Shown here: positions 24,900 through 38,500 of the stretch, one piece after another
Position numbering within the stretch: the first letter of the stretch is position 1
How the letters are laid out: each line of letters opens with the position of its first letter
Origin: Veleropilina oligotropha
Lineage: Eukaryota
Direction of reading: 5' to 3'
NCBI GenBank assembly: GCA_048128005.1
Contig: JBEUKZ010000105.1
Span: forward strand, 1-64,000
DNA length: 64,000 nucleotides
The notes under the pieces: model-generated
The model's database searches: none
Seen by the model: the letters and a program-made list of their open reading frames with translations, nothing else
What the model was told of the DNA's origin: nothing
Position numbers and translations under genes: made by a program

Positions 24900-26129
24900 A
24901 TTTCTTAATAGTAAAATAAAATATTCTTGAAAAACAATGTTATTTATGCTACTTATCTTCATGTATATGAAACACGGTATATTTTTCATTAACGTTCGGC
25001 GACTTCGGGAAGTTAGGTATAGATATGCCTACTATGGTATAGATATGCCTATACTATGGTATATATATGCCTACTATGGTATAGATATGCCTACTATGGT
25101 ATATATGTGTTTACATCTGTTTGTTTGTCTATTAATTTAACAAAGCTTTTATCTATAGCTACCGACGTATCTGTAATGAGTAGACAATAACCACGTTCGC
25201 CTTTGGGCGTAATTTTAGGTTGATCATTCAGATTCCGATAAAAATAAATTCATTCTGACGTTTATTTATTTTAACTTCGACTTGAGGCGTTTGACGATTT
25301 GGCAGACATTCACTTTGTAAAATTGTCATAAATATTTGATACGATGCATTTTCTTGGCACAATATCATGTAATGTCACCGCATAGCCGGTCGACATATTT
25401 TTAATATTATCACATTTCGCAAATATTGAGTTCAGATACCGGTTGAAAGGAAGTAATTATTCTCATATATAAGTTATTTTTTACAAAGCGCCTCATAAAA
25501 TATGCAAAGATAAGTACATTAAATACTTGTAGTATAACATAAATAATATGAGCTGCCTTGTGGGCACAACTTGTTCTTAAATCACTCGCACCGACTGACC
25601 TACTGCACCGGAGTGGATTTGAATTAGTTGTCAATAATTTATCGGAGCAGATGGGTTGCAGATCGTTCTCCAACGATAATATGGGCCCGTCGCAGTATGA
25701 CCATGTGTGGTGAATTAATCAACTGATGTTTAGCGACCACACCAACAGTGTTTCAGAAATAAATCCGGTCAATCGACATTGAACGATGAGATGAATTGGT
25801 GCTGTGTGAAATGGAGGCAGCGGTCATGTGAAAAATCACTCTCCCTGCGATTGAAGGGAAGGCCGAAATAACCAAGCAGCAAGGTCGGTCATAGCATGTG
25901 ACATTACAAAATGATTGCGTCTACCAATGTGGACCGGAATCACATGATCAACGTTTGCATCCAAGCCTCTCGATTGCAAATTTCAGAAATTTCACGCTGC
26001 GATAGATTGTTCTGAGAATTGCAAGTATCATTCAGGATATGTGGACGACTGTCCGAATTGGCTTAAGGGACATCGCTGGTAACGCAATCAGTGTACATAA
26101 ATGACATCTTGTGAGAACATCGATATATG

Positions 26130-26500
26130 CAGCCGTGGCTCAGTGGTAGATGCACTGGTCTCTCATTGAGAGGTTTGGGCTTCAATCCACGATCCCGGCG
26201 AATTCCCTTGGGTAAGGAATTAAGCATATATGTGCCTCGGTTTCATCCAGCCGATCTGAGATCTGAGTGAGTACCTTGTTGGCGGTGATGGAAATTGTTA
26301 GTATGACTAGCCTGATGCGCCTATAAATGGCAGCTCGAAATTGTTAGTATGACTAGCCTGATGCGCCTATAAATGGCAGCTCGGCTGTAATACTTTCAGA
26401 GAGAGTTGAGATATAATCTGGAACAGAACAGGCCGGAAATCAGGGAGTAATAATGATGTAGCGGTTTGAGGAAGCATTCGTGCATGAAAAGGCGCAATAT
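26130..26500 (+). mobile_element. Second tRNA-derived SINE type with internal ~44-bp duplication
   Basis: tRNA-like head gccgtggctcagtggtagatgcactggtctctcattgagagg..cttcaatcc; duplicated gaaattgttagtatgactagcctgatgcgcctataaatggcagctcg. Confidence 0.6.
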
Positions 26501-27459
26501 AAGAAGTATCCATTATTATATTTTAGAGTTAAAGTACGTGTTCTCTCATTTATGTAGTACATTAGCAATCCATTGTGCACCAATGATGATTTTACCAGAA
26601 ACAATAAGCCACGTGATACCACCTCTACCACGTGACATCACCTCTGTGTGGGGTGGAGGTGTGTGCGTATGCGTGGATCCGGGTCTATTCTATTATCACG
26701 ATCGTAGCATTGAGTTCCGAAGGCACCCATTTGATTATTAGAAAACAGTTCAATGACAAGAGTTTCGTCATGCGATTTTACATAAACTGATTCATCGATA
26801 CTGTTAGTTTGAACCATTTCATTTGGAATAGTGCGAAACACTGTTCTCTCTAATGTTTCAATATCAGGACCAAACATAATTTCAAAATGGTCGCAATTTG
26901 AAAGGTTAGTGCCGAGCTGTTGAAATGGCCATTAATCGCTGGATATTCTCTTTAGACAGAGAATGCTTCTGAACTACCCCTTAAACATGAAGTTTTTCAC
27001 CCATGTCATTCAGATTATTAATGACATTGCAACATAAATTGATTCAATAGCACCACGTCTTGTACCATTTCCCTCATCTTAAGGCTACGGAATGAAATAG
27101 CATTTGTAGTTTTAGGCAATGCCATCTTGGTTTCCTAATGAGGCCGTGTGAATCTTCAAGACATACCATCAAAATGTAATGCTCATGTAACGTCCTCAAA
27201 TTTCACGAAGTATAGATTATATATTCCTTGTTTAATTCTGAAAATTTTGTGAATCTATTATAATTACTTGAACAGTTACAACATTTATCGCAAAATAATG
27301 TGGGGGTCTATTAATTGATTATTTTTCAATGAAATATTCTTATGGAAATTGCTATTTTATATGAACGTGCGCAATTTAATAACTTATTCCGTCAAATCTT
27401 CAATTTTCCTCTTGTCATATTTTGAAATCTAAAGGAAGTGTAAAGTATTTCTTCCTTAA

Positions 27460-27926
27460 AGATGCTGATTCCACTTCCGTTCCGTAAAGTGGGATTTAAC
27501 GCCAATTAATCTAACTCTTTTTGTATGTATTCTTTGCATAAAGTTATGTTGGTTTAAAGATTACCATTTCCAGAAATAAAATATAAGATACGGTAATAAA
27601 TTTTTTAAACAATACATTATCCGAACGTAAATTTTCAACTAATGACATGTACCGTATTGTGAGATTATTAGATACATATATTACTATTATTATGATATTG
27701 TAACATTAAAAATTCGACTGGGGTGACACCTCCACGACATATATTAAATGGCAACCGTTCCCGTCAAAATTATGTCTATGACTGAAGCGATTATCTAATA
27801 ATTAGAATACGGTATGCTGCATTTTAACTTGCGAATCATTAAATGAGTAAGTGATAAATACACAAAATACACCATTTGTAGTTTTCTTTCGAATGTAAAT
27901 TACGAAACGAAGAAGAATCAGCATCT
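27460..27926. mobile_element. Non-autonomous TTAA-flanked TIR element (Kolobok-like)
   Basis: ttaa|agatgctgatt ... aatcagcatct|ttaa; a related element lies at about 58468-58765. Confidence 0.65.
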
Positions 27927-28758
27927 TTAATGATGCAATTTCAACTACTCTAAACTATATCACACGGAAGGAAAAAAAGGAAATAGAGAGTTTTCGCAAA
28001 CCAACGCGAACGTGTACCTGAACGTGAAGATCAGATTGTAACATAGAACGTCATCAATTTGTGTTCTATAGCTGCTGAGACTATTTATATGGTAACCGCG
28101 AATACAGTCGTTCACGTTCGACTCGAACGTGTAATTAATGACGAACGCATAAAATAAACTGGCAAATCATTATCTTCATCCATGATTTTTAATAGAAAAG
28201 ATATGTATCGCAAATTGTAAAAAATATAAATAAACAAGCGCACTCGAAAGGAAGCATATTTGAGCCGCAGTGCACACTCTCAATAAACTTAATTTTATCT
28301 TTCTAGGTTGACCGCGCCCAGAGATATGTCTGTTTATGTATTTTACACCTATTTGATTTTGGTGACCTTGACCTTTGACCTCATAAATCAATCAGTAGTT
28401 AGATATCCAGTCATATATCATATATATGAAGTTTCGTGGCTATATGTTTTGAATTGACCACGTTATGCCATGTAAAGTCATCGTGGACATACACCACCAC
28501 ACAGACAGACATCGTGGACATACACCACACAGGATGGTCTGCACCCTTCACTGGAGGGTGCAGATGTGTTGGCTAGGGCCATTAATCGAGCAATTACGGA
28601 GCATTTAAACTAATAAAGGGGGATGAGGGTGAAGCAATATGTGACAGCAAAGTAGAACAGGATAACATTCATCGTAATGATGCAAAGAGCGTACATCATA
28701 ATACCGATAAACATAAACGTGTTTCTGGACCACAAAAGAAAAAGAACAAGAAATCAGA

Positions 28759-30703
28759 GATGTATGTAATTCGAGGGAAATTAGTAATGAATTTAATAAG
28801 TTTTTTCAAAATATTGGAGACAGCCTAGCCAAAAAAATACCAAGTACAAACGCCACTCATCTTGATTTTCTATCAAATAGCCCTCAGCAGTCGTTATTTA
28901 TTAACCCGACAAGCTTGATAGAAGTAAGCAATCTTATTAATAAAATAGATTGTTCAAAAGCCAAGGGTCCTGATGAAATACCGCTCAAGCTAATAAAACT
29001 AGCAAAATATGTCATTAGTCCTCAACTAAGTGAGCTATATAATCAATCAATAAGTGAAGGAATATTCCCTGACGTTCTAAAAATAAGTAAAATAATACCA
29101 ATATATAAAGGAGAATCCCCCTACAACACAACCAATTATCGTCCAATATCACTTATTTCACCATTTAGTAAAATATATGAAAAACTTATAGCCGATAGAC
29201 TGCAAACATATTTAGACCAAAATAGTCTACTATACAAATACCAATATGGATTTAGAAAAAACCATTCAACTGCCCTAGCCACCTCAGAAATGATTGATTT
29301 ACTGCTTCAAAACATTGACGATCGCCTATTTACATGTGCCTTATTTCTGGACTTATCTAAAGCTTTTGATACGGTAAAACACACCGTATTACTAGACAAA
29401 CTCTTACATTATGGTATAAGAGGGACTTCTCATAACTTATTCAAATCGTACCTCTGCAATAGACAACAATATACGTATGTGAACAATGAAGCGTCCGACT
29501 ATCTTACTATGAAATGTGGTGTCCCCCAAGGATCTACATTAGGGCCATTATTATTTCTAATATATATCAACGATATTGCCCTATGTTGCGATTTTAATAC
29601 TCGAATGTTTGCAGATGACACTCATATGTCAATAAGCACAAAATCATATCAGGATTTAGAACTATTAGTTAATGCTGAACTCTCAAAGGTTGATATATGG
29701 TTAAAAGCTAACAAGTTATCTATTAACGTAAAAAAAACAAAATACATGATAATAACAAATAAAAGAAGAAGACGTAACTTGCAAATAACTGTTAAATTGA
29801 ACAATAGCATTATTGAAGAGGTTAGCGAAATAAAATATTTAGGAATATATATTGACAATAGACTTACATGGAAAGTACACATTTCATTCATTAAAGGTAA
29901 AATCGCAAAATCAATTGGTGTTCTTCGACATTTAAAAAGATATGTCGATAAGGAAACTCTATGGACAATTTATTACAGCTTAATATATTCGTATCTTCAA
30001 TATGCAATAATTACCTGGGGTTCCGCATATAAAACTAATATTAGTGCACTTCAGTCGTTGCAAAATAAAGCTATTAAAATTATATGCAACGCAACAAATT
30101 ATGATAGTCCAAATATGTATTATCTAAAAGAAAAAATATTGAAACTTGCAGATATATACAAATACAACCTGGGCATCATTATGCATAAATTTACTAATAA
30201 AAAACTGCCACCTGCTTATACTGATTATTTCACACCTGTATCACAAACACACAACCATGACACTAGAAGTTCACAACATAACTATTATCTTCCACGGGTA
30301 ACGAGCAATTCTGGAAAAAAGACTTTAAAATACGCAGGACCAAAGCTATGGTCCGAGTTATCAGTAGCACTAAAAACGATGACATTTTACCAATTCAAGA
30401 AGGAATATAAAAAATCTATCATTAGTAATTACTAATAATTATTTCATAACTATATAAGCAATACCATAATATAACATAATAAGCTATGTGTCAATTCTTT
30501 TTATATATTGTTTCGTATTATGTAACTCTCAGCTGTAACATTATTAATTATATAAAATATTGGGGATACTAACTAGGAAACCGTATGGTTATTTTAGTAT
30601 CCCTCACAAATTCTGTTTTTACAATGTTATGTACACATGAAACCAGCTGTATTAAGAATTATGTGTAAATAAATTTGTCTATTGTCTATTGTCTATTGTC
30701 TAT
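28759..30703 (+). mobile_element. 5'-truncated L2/CR1-group LINE with intact RT frame to 30435, nested in CR1
   Basis: NYRPISLI, FLDLSKAFD, GVPQGS, FADD; AATAAA then (TTGTCTA)4 tail at 30675-30702; removal restores the host frame KKS-DKKQLKV with a possible AGA TSD. Confidence 0.92.
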
Positions 30704-30704
30704 A

Positions 30705-33530
30705 GATAAAAAACAGCTTAAAGTTATATTTACAAATGCACAGAGTATAATGAATAAGATGGCAGAATTGGAAACACTAAGGGATATTCATGACCCTGAT
30801 GTTTTAGGAGTTACAGAGTCGTGGACAAATATCAACATAACAGACGCAGAGTTAAATTTATTGGGATATAAGCTGTACAGAGAGGATAGAAGAGATACTC
30901 AAAACGGTAGAGGAGGGGGGGTCTTGCTATACATAAAAGATGGATTAAATGCTGTTTCTCGTGATGATATTAAGATAAACACTTTTCAAAATTCAGTTTG
31001 GTGTGAAATTATGACCAGTAATAATAAAAAAGATTCCATTGTAGTGGGTATTGTTTATAGATCACCAAATAGCGCAGAAGAGAACAATACTAACCTATAC
31101 ACTACATTAGAACAAGTTTTCGGATACAATGTGTTAATTATGGGGGATTTTAACTACCCAGGTATAAATTGGAACTCGATGCAAAGTGGGAAAGCGGGTC
31201 AGGATTTTTTGACAACGATACAGAATGGATTTATGCATCAACATGTTGATTTTCCAACAAGAGGTGATAATGTTTTGGATTTAGTTTTTTCTAGTGAACT
31301 AAATATGGTGCAAAATATACATGGAATTGGGAAATTAGGGAGCAGCGACCATGATTTAATAGAATTTGAGCTTCATATTAAAACAATTATTAAAACAAGC
31401 AAGCAAGAAATACCGGATTTTCGGAAAGCGAATATCGACCAAATAACGTCAGATCTTCGAGACATAAACTGGCAGGATCTTGATAATCTAGATGCTAGGG
31501 ACTCTTGGGAAGTATTCCGTAAAAACATAGAAGCGATAATGAATGCAAATGTTCCACTAAAACGCAGACGCAAAAATAATTCACCCCCCTGGTTAACGAG
31601 AAAGGTAAAGAAATCTGTAAGAAGAAAATATAAACGTTGGAGACGTTACAGGGAGTCAAAAGAAACCAAAGATCATGAAAATTATAAGGAGTGTGAGAAA
31701 TTATGTAAAAAAGAAATCCGTGCAGCAAAGAAAATGTTTGAAGAAAATTTAGCAAAAAATGTCAAGGAAAATCCAAAATCATTTTATGCATATGTAAGGT
31801 CAAAACAAAAAACAAAAGATGTCGTAGGTCCATTGAAAGATGAAAAGGGTAATATAATGACTGATGATGCGGAAATATCAGAATCTTTGAATAACTACTT
31901 TGCATCCGTGTATACATTGGAGGATACCGCGAATATGCCCCCAATAAAAGATATTTTTAAAGACATTGGTAACTTTTGTGAATCGGTTGAAATTACTCCT
32001 GCACTGATTGAAAAAAAGATAGACCTCTTAAAGATAAACAAAGCCCCTGGCCCTGATAGTATATATTCCAAGTTTTTAAAAGTCGGAAAGCATGAATTGT
32101 TGAAGCCAATAGCAAATATATTCAGCAAATCACTTAGCGAAGGAAGATTGCCAGATGATTGGAAAATTGGTAATATAACTCCTATATTTAAAAAGGGAAG
32201 TCGCTCTAGTGCACAAAATTATCGACCTGTTAGTCTAACATCAATAGTAGGCAAAATGATGGAATCTATTTTAAAGGATGTTATATTAGACCATTTGAAC
32301 AAATATAGCTTGTTAAACACCAGTCAGCATGGATTTATGGAGAAACGATCATGTTTAACAAATCTTCTTGAATTCTTAGAGGATGTTACAAATGCAATAG
32401 ATCATGGCAAGCCGGTTGATATTATATATCTTGATTTTCAAAAAGCATTTGATAAGGTTCCACATAAACGACTAATACAAAAATTGAGTAATCATGGTAT
32501 TAAAGGACCAATATTGACGTGGATAGAAATGTGGTTACTGAATAGAAAACAGAGAGTTGTTGTAAATGGGGTTAAGTCAAAATGGGAGAGTGTATTAAGT
32601 GGAGTCCCTCAAGGCTCGGTCTTGGGTCCATTGCTATTTCTAATCTACTTGAATGACATTGATGGCGCTATTACATCTCTAGTGAAAAAGTTTGCTGACG
32701 ACACTAAACTTTACAGAATAATAGAAACTGAACAAGATGCAAGGAAACTTCAGACCGATCTAAATAATCTGGTTAAGTGGTCCGATGACTGGCAAATGCT
32801 TTTCAATACAACCAAATGTAAGGTAATGCATGTGGGTCACAAAAACAAAAAATATTGTTATAAAATGGGAGGAGATGACCTAGAAGTAGTGACAAAAGAG
32901 AAAGATTTGGGTGTATGGATTGATAATTCACTGAAACCATCAAATCAATGTATCGAAGCAGCTAAAAAGGGAAACCAAATATTAGGAATGATAAAGCGTA
33001 ATTTTACTTTTAAGTCAAAAGGCATCATAACACGTTTATACAAGCAACTGGTTAGACCACATTTAGAATATGCGGTGCAAGCATGGAATCCATACCTCTC
33101 AAAGGATATCCAACTATTGGAACAAGTACAAAGGAGAGCCACAAAATTGGTAGGTGAAATCAGAGAGTTGACATATGAGGATAGGCTCAGAAGCCTTGAT
33201 CTTACAACATTAACGTTGCGTAGGATAAGAGGTGACATGATTCAAGTATTTAAAATGTTTACAGGAAAAGACAATCTTGATATTAGTTATTTTTTCCAGT
33301 TGAACCATACTAAAACAAGGGGGAATAAGTTCAAGATTTACAAAAAGAGGGTCAGGCTAGATGTTAGAAAATACTTTTTCTCAAACCGAGTTGTAGATGA
33401 GTGGAATGCCCTTCCTGTCAAGGTGGTGGAGTCCACATCAGTAAATCAATTTAAAAATCGTTTGGATGAGCACTTTAAGAGACAGGGAAGGCTATATATG
33501 ACCGAGCTACCAAAATGGGTTTTTATATGA
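30705..33530 (+). CDS. CR1 ORF2 (APE endonuclease plus reverse transcriptase), uninterrupted over about 940 codons
   Basis: ORF track 30675-33530; its first residues come from the tail of the nested LINE. Confidence 0.9.
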   Translation, partial: DKKQLKVIFTNAQSIMNKMAELETLRDIHDPDVLGVTESWTNINITDAELNLLGYKLYREDRRDTQNGRGGGVLLYIKDGLNAVSRDDIKINTFQNSVWCEIMTSNNKKDSIVVGIVYRSPNSAEENNTNLYTTLEQVFGYNVLIMGDFNYPGINWNSMQSGKAGQDFLTTIQNGFMHQHVDFPTRGDNVLDLVFSSELNMVQNIHGIGKLGSSDHDLIEFELHIKTIIKTSKQEIPDFRKANIDQITSDLRDINWQDLDNLDARDSWEVFRKNIEAIMNANVPLKRRRKNNSPPWLTRKVKKSVRRKYKRWRRYRESKETKDHENYKECEKLCKKEIRAAKKMFEENLAKNVKENPKSFYAYVRSKQKTKDVVGPLKDEKGNIMTDDAEISESLNNYFASVYTLEDTANMPPIKDIFKDIGNFCESVEITPALIEKKIDLLKINKAPGPDSIYSKFLKVGKHELLKPIANIFSKSLSEGRLPDDWKIGNITPIFKKGSRSSAQNYRPVSLTSIVGKMMESILKDVILDHLNKYSLLNTSQHGFMEKRSCLTNLLEFLEDVTNAIDHGKPVDIIYLDFQKAFDKVPHKRLIQKLSNHGIKGPILTWIEMWLLNRKQRVVVNGVKSKWESVLSGVPQGSVLGPLLFLIYLNDIDGAITSLVKKFADDTKLYRIIETEQDARKLQTDLNNLVKWSDDWQMLFNTTKCKVMHVGHKNKKYCYKMGGDDLEVVTKEKDLGVWIDNSLKPSNQCIEAAKKGNQILGMIKRNFTFKSKGIITRLYKQLVRPHLEYAVQAWNPYLSKDIQLLEQVQRRATKLVGEIRELTYEDRLRSLDLTTLTLRRIRGDMIQVFKMFTGKDNLDISYFFQLNHTKTRGNKFKIYKKRVRLDVRKYFFSNRVVDEWNALPVKVVESTSVNQFKNRLDEHFKRQGRLYMTELPKWVFI

Positions 33531-35032
33531 GTTGCAGAAATGCACTTTCTAAACCCAAACAAATTCTATTTAAGTCTATTTAAGACAGACAGACAGCCTC
33601 AATACAATAGTTTCTCCGTTCACACGGCTCAACTAACAAGCGCATCCAAGAGGAAGCATATACTAGTAGTTGAGCCATGTAAAGTCATCGTGGACATGCA
33701 CCACCACACAGACAGCCTCAATACAATAGTTTCTCCGTAAACGGCTCAACTAATTAGAAAATCACTAATTGTCTTACTTGATAACAGAGTATTTATACGA
33801 TTAATCACCCCATCCGAAACTTTCCTGTGATATTTCATAATGTTTTACATCGTGTATAAAAATTAGAAACATTTATATTTGATTTATATTTTGTTTTAAA
33901 CATAACCATATCGCACTGAATCGAAATGCTAATGAATATGCATCCCTTTCAATTTGGTCGATATATTCATGATACGTTATATTACTATTCTCTTATTGTG
34001 CGAATGCACTATTCGAATACGGTAGCCAATATCTTTGATCAAGAAATTAATGGCGTTAATGACATAACAATGCGCTTCATTCTTAACACAAGTGAAGGCA
34101 ATGTGTAGAATCAGGTCGAAAACGAGGCTGGAAAGGTATTTTCTCGAGATGGGGAGTTTAACCTCGGAAAACGAAAACAATATAATTTGCAGTGAAGAAA
34201 CAATTCACACAATAGTGTTGTTCATTAACATATTAAATATACCTAAGTATTGTACCGGTATAGCCAAACGCGTATCAAAATCTTTAAATAATTAGGAGAT
34301 ATTTAACTTCTTCACTTTCAAAAGACTACGGACCATTATTTAGCAAGCAAACATTGACTGTGTAGCGAAACAACAAGTATTTATACAATGTTATTTAATT
34401 ATTTCAAACAATTTATTATATGGGTCGATACACTTCTACATGGTCACCAATTTCAGAGACGAGAGAACAATCTCATATGTTTTATAAATTTTCGCACTGT
34501 TATATTGCTGTGATTAAGCAGATTAATATAAGTACATTATTGTAAATGTATATCATTTAATTATTTATATGAAACAAATTGCGACAACAAACTTAAAACA
34601 AATATTGTGACTCTCGCATGTACTATGCCAAATTCGAAATTTTTAAATAAACCACTCTAAAACTTGCTCTAAAATTAACACAGGGATGAAGATACGCACA
34701 AACTTATGTCTGCACGTACGTGTGTGTATATACGCGAGTGCGTGTGTATACATTTTGCTAATACCGATGTGTTACAAGTTTTCGAAGTACGTGAATACAT
34801 TGAATTACAAGTTTCTCTTGTCCCGTGAACGTCAACTTACACGGTTCTATTTCTGGTCATTGGGTTCAGATAGAAAATAATGATTACATCATGATGATAT
34901 TTGCATATTACCCATACATCCGAGGTACACGCTCACGATCACTTTAAAAAAGGGATTTCAAGACTTGTGAGTACGAGAAACGTGAAACAAGCTAGATCGT
35001 AGAAATCACTGATCTACTGTTATATATTATTA

Positions 35033-35525
35033 GTTACATGGTGCTTTAATGACGTAATATGGTATATACAGGGTGAGTAGAATTCATATCAGGCGAGAGC
35101 GAAGCTCGAGCCTGATAAGAATTGTACTCACCCTGTATATACCATATTACGTCACTGGTATATACAGGGTGAGTAGAATTCATATCAGGCGAGAGCGAAG
35201 CTCGAGCCTGATATGAATTCTACTCACCCTGTATATACCATATTACGTCACTAAAGCACCATGTAACGAATATATCTTACCGACAACCTTTTTTTACACT
35301 TTAACCTGTCTAAACCGGTCACATTCCTGTGGTGTCGTCTGCGCGAACCGTTTTTTGGCCGCCATATTGTTTATCGATTTGTAAGCCACAGGCACTGACA
35401 GGGGCGATAACTCTATACCGACCCCATATGGAGGTGAACTGACCCCATATGGATTATACACCGTCGACACGTGATGGGTCTAACCCAATCGCTATCGTGG
35501 AAACAGGTTGAAGGTGAGATTTATA
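35033..35525 (-). mobile_element. Non-autonomous hairpin-ended element with a doubled hairpin
   Basis: Two palindromes 96 bp apart with apex CGAG-A-GCGAAGC-T-CGAG at 35094-35110 and 35190-35206; IR tatatcttacc / ggtgagatttata. Confidence 0.7.
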
Positions 35526-38500
35526 TATATATACAAAATAAAGATCAAATATTGCTACACTGCCAAATAATTAAATAATGTTATACCTTATAATAGCGTT
35601 AATAATATGATAGGGTACATGGTCATATTTAATTTCATAGATGACCGTGCGTTGCCTTTTGAAGCCGATTTTAATACACATCAGGTCGATCTGCGAAAAC
35701 CAAAAACGAGTAAAACGTGAACCTGTACGTGTAATTGGTTGTCAATGGATACTCAGCGAATTGACCCCTTTCACGTTACAGGTACACGTTCATGGGACAT
35801 TTTCGAAAACTCTCTATTAGTTTAGTTTAAACATATTTTATTAGATGATTATCATGGCATAAATACAAACAGATAAATAGACAACAATTGGATAGCAGGC
35901 TCAGCCTATTTAGATCCTTTTGTTGTTAGTACATTGTACATAGTTCATAGCTGGTGATCATATTTTATTTTATTTACACACATTTTAATGCTCGCATATA
36001 ACTAGTGGCTTTATAGGAATACATTGATATAGTCATGTAGATAAAGGTACAATATAAGTGGCATACAAGAACAAAAATAGGTAATCATTTATCATCTTAC
36101 ATCTAGTTATTTTGTGGTAAAACGTTGTGTATGTTTAATGTACAATTGGACTTGTTTGAAAATATCTTTGTTGGTGGCTACACTGTAAGATTGATTTCCA
36201 AATAGGAGATTTGATATGTTTTGAATGCCGATTGTCTGAAGAGAATATTACGTTGTTCAGTGTAATTGGTGCAATGCATTAGGAAATGTTCCGAATTTTC
36301 CTTTGGATGTCCACAAGAGCAGGCTGGACTTGCAACAATACTTAGTCGAAACAGGTTAACATTAAGAAGGCTACAATTCCGCCTTAGTCGTGTATGGACG
36401 ATAGCCAGATTTCTTTCTAGTTCATAAATAGTATGAACAGGAAGCTCAATGGTGAGAGTAATTTTTGATTTGAACATGAAAATACTGGATGAGTTTCTAA
36501 CACTGAGCTCAAGATTATTCCAGTCCATAGTAGTTTTTGGAAAATATGATTTCCTGTATGATTCTGTTCGCGTTAATGGGACAGTTAACAAGTCGCTGTT
36601 TCTTATATTATATTGGTTTCGGTCACTACGACCAAGGGGAAGTAATATTCGGAGGAAGGTCGGTGTCCTGTTATTAATAATTTTATACATCATTATAAGT
36701 CGTTTGTGGAGTCGTCTTAATTTTAATGGTGTAATACCAGTCTCTAAGTATAAGCAATCGCGCTGGCACCATAAAGGCAGTCCTGTTATGATTCTAAGAC
36801 AGTCACATTGGAGTTTCTCCAGTGACTCTGATTCGTAGTCATAGCAGTTGTCCCATATAATAGATCCGTACTCGATTATTGGTCTGATAAACATTAAATA
36901 TATTTTTTTAAGTGTTTCTCTATTGAGGTTATATTTATTTCGTCTAAGTAATCCAATTCGACTTACAACTTTTTTCTTAATGAGAGAAAAATGATCGGTC
37001 CATGTTCCCTTGCAATTGAGAACAAGTCCGAGATGTTTGTGGGTTTGGACAACTGGAATTGGAATATTGTTCATATAAAGTTTTGGCTCAGCGTGGTCGC
37101 GGCCTCAATATATGCATAAACATTCCGTTTTTTCAGGGTTAAATTTGACGTGCCAGACACGTGACCATTTACATAGTTTTTCGATTTCGGCATTCAGATA
37201 CTCCGACATGTCTTCGTCGTGTTTGTGTGAAAGAAACATAGATGTATCATCGGTATAGATCCCTGGGGTACACCCGCTGTTGTGTTTTGCCATGTTGATA
37301 GGTGACCATTGCACAGTACTCTTTGACAACGATTTGTTAGGTAATGTCTGAACCACCGTAATAGTTGTCCCGAAATGCCAAATGACTCGAGTTTAATCAG
37401 TAGTCCCCTATGCCACACTCTATCGAATGCCTTAGTGACGTCACAGAAGATAAAAGTCAGGGATTTACCTTATCGAGTTCACTTATAATGGTATTATAAA
37501 TTTCTAATAACTGGATCTCCGTAGAGTGATTTGGAAGAAAACCAGCCTGGTAGGGATGTAATATATTGGTTGCTTTAATATGAGTGAAGACATACTTGTA
37601 TACAACCTTCTCGAATATTTTACCAATATTACTCGTAAGGGATATGGGTCTGAAGTCATTCGGAACGTTTGCTCCAGGCTTTTTTGGAACAGGAATAACA
37701 ACTGATTTTTTCCATGATTGAGGAAATTCGGCATTATCTAGGCATTTTTGAAATAATTTTTGCAGTGGTGCTGATATTGAATGAACAATTTTTTTTAACA
37801 TATTCGTACTAATATTGTCTGGCCCAGATGCTTTATTGGGCTTTAGGGTCAGAACACTATCCTTTACGTCTTGTTCTGTTATATTTATGCTACTTAACGT
37901 AAGATTTGTTAATTGTTGCACGGGTGGAGCGTCGTCGTTGACTTCATCAATAGTTGAATTTGATACAAAGTAACTGTTCAGAGCATCAGCTTTAATCCTA
38001 TCATTAATTATACAGGTTTCGTTTCCATTTTCCATAATTTTAATCGCAGGTATAGGATTCCTCGTTTTGACATTATTTGTCGTTTTGAACAGATCCCACC
38101 ACGCCTTACCCCGCAGGTCATTGCTGCATAATTTAGAGTGCAATTTGTGGTCATATGATTCTTTTGCGTGACGAACAGCTGCAATAACTTCATTCCTTAT
38201 GCGTCTGTATTTTGCCCATAATGTTTGGTTATTTTTATGCTTAGCTCTTTTATGTATACGATTTCGTTTTCTCATAAGGTTTCTTACGAAGCCAGTCATC
38301 CATTGTTGATCCCGTGGCCTGATGACAACTTCTTTTGAAGGTATATATAATTTACTAGTGTCGTTCAGAAAGTTCTCAAGAGTGTGACACATTTCATCGA
38401 CATCAACAGCTGAGTCAAATATAGCAGTCCAGTCAACCTCGGTAATTCGGTCACTAATTTCTGAATTGTTTCCCAAATCGTACCTCCAGATGGTCCGTTT

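Larger units (their letters stand above)
28530..33584 (+). mobile_element. CR1 LINE: 5'-truncated esterase ORF1 end plus APE-RT ORF2, interrupted at 28759-30703
   Basis: QDGLHPSLEGADVLARAI..LN* (SGNH motif, stop 28611-28613) overlapping TTAAACTAA; ORF2 resumes at 30705 with VTESW, MGDFN, SDHD, YLDFQKAFD, GVPQGS, FADD; tail (TCTATTTAAG)2; acagacagac on both flanks. Confidence 0.95.
28232..33753 (+). mobile_element. Helentron/HINE-like non-autonomous element hosting the CR1 insertion, with a short tandem second copy at 33637-33753
   Basis: aacaagcgc..gaagcata..ttgagcc start, tgaccttgacctttgacc core, ACAG microsatellite, ccgt..acggctcaactaa end. Confidence 0.55.

Noticed and set aside
26130..26200. 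Possible tRNA gene (also SINE heads at 4484 and 54020)
   Set aside because: No intact cloverleaf; each continues into a SINE body
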